Positions 62,090-64,000 of a stretch of DNA of 64,000 bases are shown in pieces. Where the stretch lies: the NCBI GenBank assembly GCA_963812015.1, contig CAWETI010000003.1:1728001-1792000 (forward strand), given 5' to 3'. Positions within the stretch are counted from its first letter, which is position 1; the number at the start of each line of letters is the position of its first letter. The notes under the pieces were generated by a model. It searched no databases, was not told the origin of the DNA, and saw only the letters and a list, made by a program, of their open reading frames with translations. The stretch is from an uncultured delta proteobacterium. GTDB taxonomy: Bacteria > Desulfobacterota > Desulfobaccia > Desulfobaccales > 0-14-0-80-60-11. The position numbers and the translations under genes are program-made.

Positions 62090-62962
62090 CTACCCGGCCC
62101 CGCCCAGCAAGCCCCTGGGCCGGATGAACAAGACCAGCAAGAGCACGATGAAGGCGATGACGTCCTTGTAAGCGCTGCTGACATAAGCCGCGCCCAGGCT
62201 TTCCAGGAGCCCCAGGATGAGGCCCCCCAGGATGGCCCCGGGGAATGAGCCGAAGCCCCCCAGGATGGCCGCGGCGAAGCCTTTGAGCCCCAGGAGCACC
62301 CCCACGTCGTAGGACAGCGTGGTGATAGGGGTCACCAGGCAGCCGGCGAGGCCCCCCAGGGCGCCGGCCAGGGCGAAGCTCATGGCCTTGACCCGCCAGA
62401 CCTTGAGGCCCACCACCGCCGCGGCCGCGGGGTTGGCGGCCACCCCCCGCATGGCCAGGCCCAGGGAGGTCTTCCGGAAGAACAGCACCAGGCCGATGAT
62501 GGCCAGTGCGGTGAGGCCCAGAATCCACAAGGTTTGGGGCAGGATGGCGGCCCCGGCCAGATGCACCGGCGCCTCCCCAGACAACGACGGCACCGCCATG
62601 CGGGTCTTGCCCCAGATAACCTTCATGGCCCCCCGGAGGATGATGGAGAGCCCGATGGTCAGAAAGATCAGCACCAGGTGGCTTTCGGAGCGGGACGGAC
62701 TGATGCCCACCACCTCCACCAGGATGGCCGCCAGGGTCACCCCCGCCACCGAGGTGAGCAGGGCCGGGGGCATGGGAAGACCGGCGCTGACCAGGGCGCT
62801 ATAGAGGATCATGCCCCCCAGGGAGACGAAATCCACCTGGGTGAAATTGACGATCCCCATGGTGTTGTGCACCACGCCGAACCCCAGGGCTACCAAGGCG
62901 TAGATGGCCCCCCCGGTCAACCCGGCAAAGATGAACTGGATCAGGTCGTGCAGGCTGCCCAT
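62090..62962 (-). CDS. livH: Branched-chain amino acid ABC transporter permease
   Basis: GAIYALVALGF..IVNFTQ, TSLGLAMRG, LKGFAAAILGGFGS, RPRGLLG. Confidence 0.92.
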   Translation of the reverse strand: MGSLHDLIQFIFAGLTGGAIYALVALGFGVVHNTMGIVNFTQVDFVSLGGMILYSALVSAGLPMPPALLTSVAGVTLAAILVEVVGISPSRSESHLVLIFLTIGLSIILRGAMKVIWGKTRMAVPSLSGEAPVHLAGAAILPQTLWILGLTALAIIGLVLFFRKTSLGLAMRGVAANPAAAAVVGLKVWRVKAMSFALAGALGGLAGCLVTPITTLSYDVGVLLGLKGFAAAILGGFGSFPGAILGGLILGLLESLGAAYVSSAYKDVIAFIVLLLVLFIRPRGLLGGAG

Positions 62963-63388
62963 GTCTCTCCCCTGGGTGCAGGTGCGGCCTCAAGATGCGG
63001 CCCCGGACGGTTCCCCGAAAATATAACGTTATCTGAAGGGCGGGTTGTCTGGCAAGGAAAAAGGGCGTTTCAACCGCGGACGGTGGGGCCACATGCGAGG
63101 TGGGTCTGATGGTCAAGGATAAGAGGCCTGCCATTCCGTCACCCAAGCCGACGGGGCCAGGGATTTCCGGTCAATTGGATTGCGACGGGGTGGGGTTTGG
63201 AGGGATGGGGGTGAATCAAAGGGCTGTCTGATTTGACGAGCCCGGAGATCCTCCCGGTCAGGGGGCGGGGGCTGCTCCCTGGCGGGACAACCCGGGAGTG
63301 CGTTTGGACCTGCCCTTTACAAGACCGCTCTGGTGGACCAGGTATTTCCGGGCTGTGGTTTTCCCGTCTGGAGGGCCAGGTCAGGCGC

Positions 63389-63787
63389 TCAACGCCGGTG
63401 AGCCCGGACCTTTTCTTGCCACAGAGATTTTAGGATGGAGCAGACCCCGATTACACTGCCGGCCAACATCAGGATACTGCCCAAGGGTTTGGGCAATGAC
63501 AGGCCCGTCAGGTTAATGAAGCAACCGACCAGGACCAACCCCACGGCCCCGATATAGATATTTTTATTGGAGAGATGGGGCTGCCGGGAACTTCGGGCTT
63601 CATCATACTTTTCCCAAAAATATTTAAGCTCTTTGGCGGCAAAGGGGGCCGGATCTTCCGTGGCCGGGGGCGAGCCCGGATCGCACCGAAGCCCGGCTCT
63701 GTCTTGGCGAGATTTTGTCTGCTTTGGGATGAAGGCGCTCGGGATAACGCTGTCTGTTTTTCTGGCCTGATCCATGGTGTTACCCAC
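63389..63787 (-). CDS. Hypothetical membrane protein
   Basis: Two C-terminal TM segments. Confidence 0.5.
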   Translation of the reverse strand: MGNTMDQARKTDSVIPSAFIPKQTKSRQDRAGLRCDPGSPPATEDPAPFAAKELKYFWEKYDEARSSRQPHLSNKNIYIGAVGLVLVGCFINLTGLSLPKPLGSILMLAGSVIGVCSILKSLWQEKVRAHRR

Positions 63788-63871
63788 TATCCCGGACTGG
63801 TCATGCCATCCGGTTGCCCGCGCCGCGGGTCTTTCTGCCCACTCGCCTCCAGGCCAGTGGGTTACTGATGA

Positions 63872-64000
63872 TTACTTGCCGAGCGGCGGCGGTTTGCACA
63901 CCGGACAAGGGTGATAACCTCGTTCCTGCGCCTCCTTGACCGATTTGAAGGTTATCAATTTTGAAGGGTTTATCATCTTGGCCCACTTGCAACCGGGAAG
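63872..64000 (-). CDS. C-terminal end of an Ada-type zinc-binding domain protein (5' end outside window)
   Basis: LPGCKWAKMINPSKLITFKSVKEAQERGYHPCPVCKP then stop. Confidence 0.8.
   Translation of the reverse strand, partial: LPGCKWAKMINPSKLITFKSVKEAQERGYHPCPVCKPPPLGK

Overview
A GC-rich bacterial chromosomal segment. Gene content (ahbC, iorAB, DVU0298-like HEAT protein, AcsE-like pterin-binding protein) suggests an anaerobic deltaproteobacterium/Desulfobacterota; this is inference. The backbone is housekeeping: carB (5'-truncated by the window edge), purF, a ChlI-ChlD-type chelatase, ahbC, a second ClpX-like ATPase, hflX, hisB, recJ, ssb, pgeF, rlmN, dksA, moaC, a DnaJ paralog, an M18 aminopeptidase, tRNA-Leu-tig-clpP-clpX-lon, tRNA-Val/tRNA-Asp, a cold-shock gene, a B12 radical SAM enzyme and a livH-iorAB-livM-livG cluster. 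I found no integrase, transposase, reverse transcriptase or CRISPR array. The unusual material is between the genes: (1) many GTAG/GTGG-headed REP-like palindromes, in at least two cases facing inward around a single AT-richer gene (REPIN-like cargo cassettes); (2) one such cargo is a paralog of another small CxCGC protein in the window, with an in-frame TGA exactly at a Cys position; (3) a ~370-nt multi-hairpin, probably pseudoknotted non-coding RNA candidate at 23.26-23.63 kb; (4) a ~200-nt retron msr/msd-like RNA with no adjacent RT; (5) a sigma54-type promoter driving a ~110-nt CU-rich sRNA candidate; (6) gene relics (HEPN, excisionase-like HTH, GvpL/F). All calls come from reading the sequence by eye; no searches or folding programs were run.
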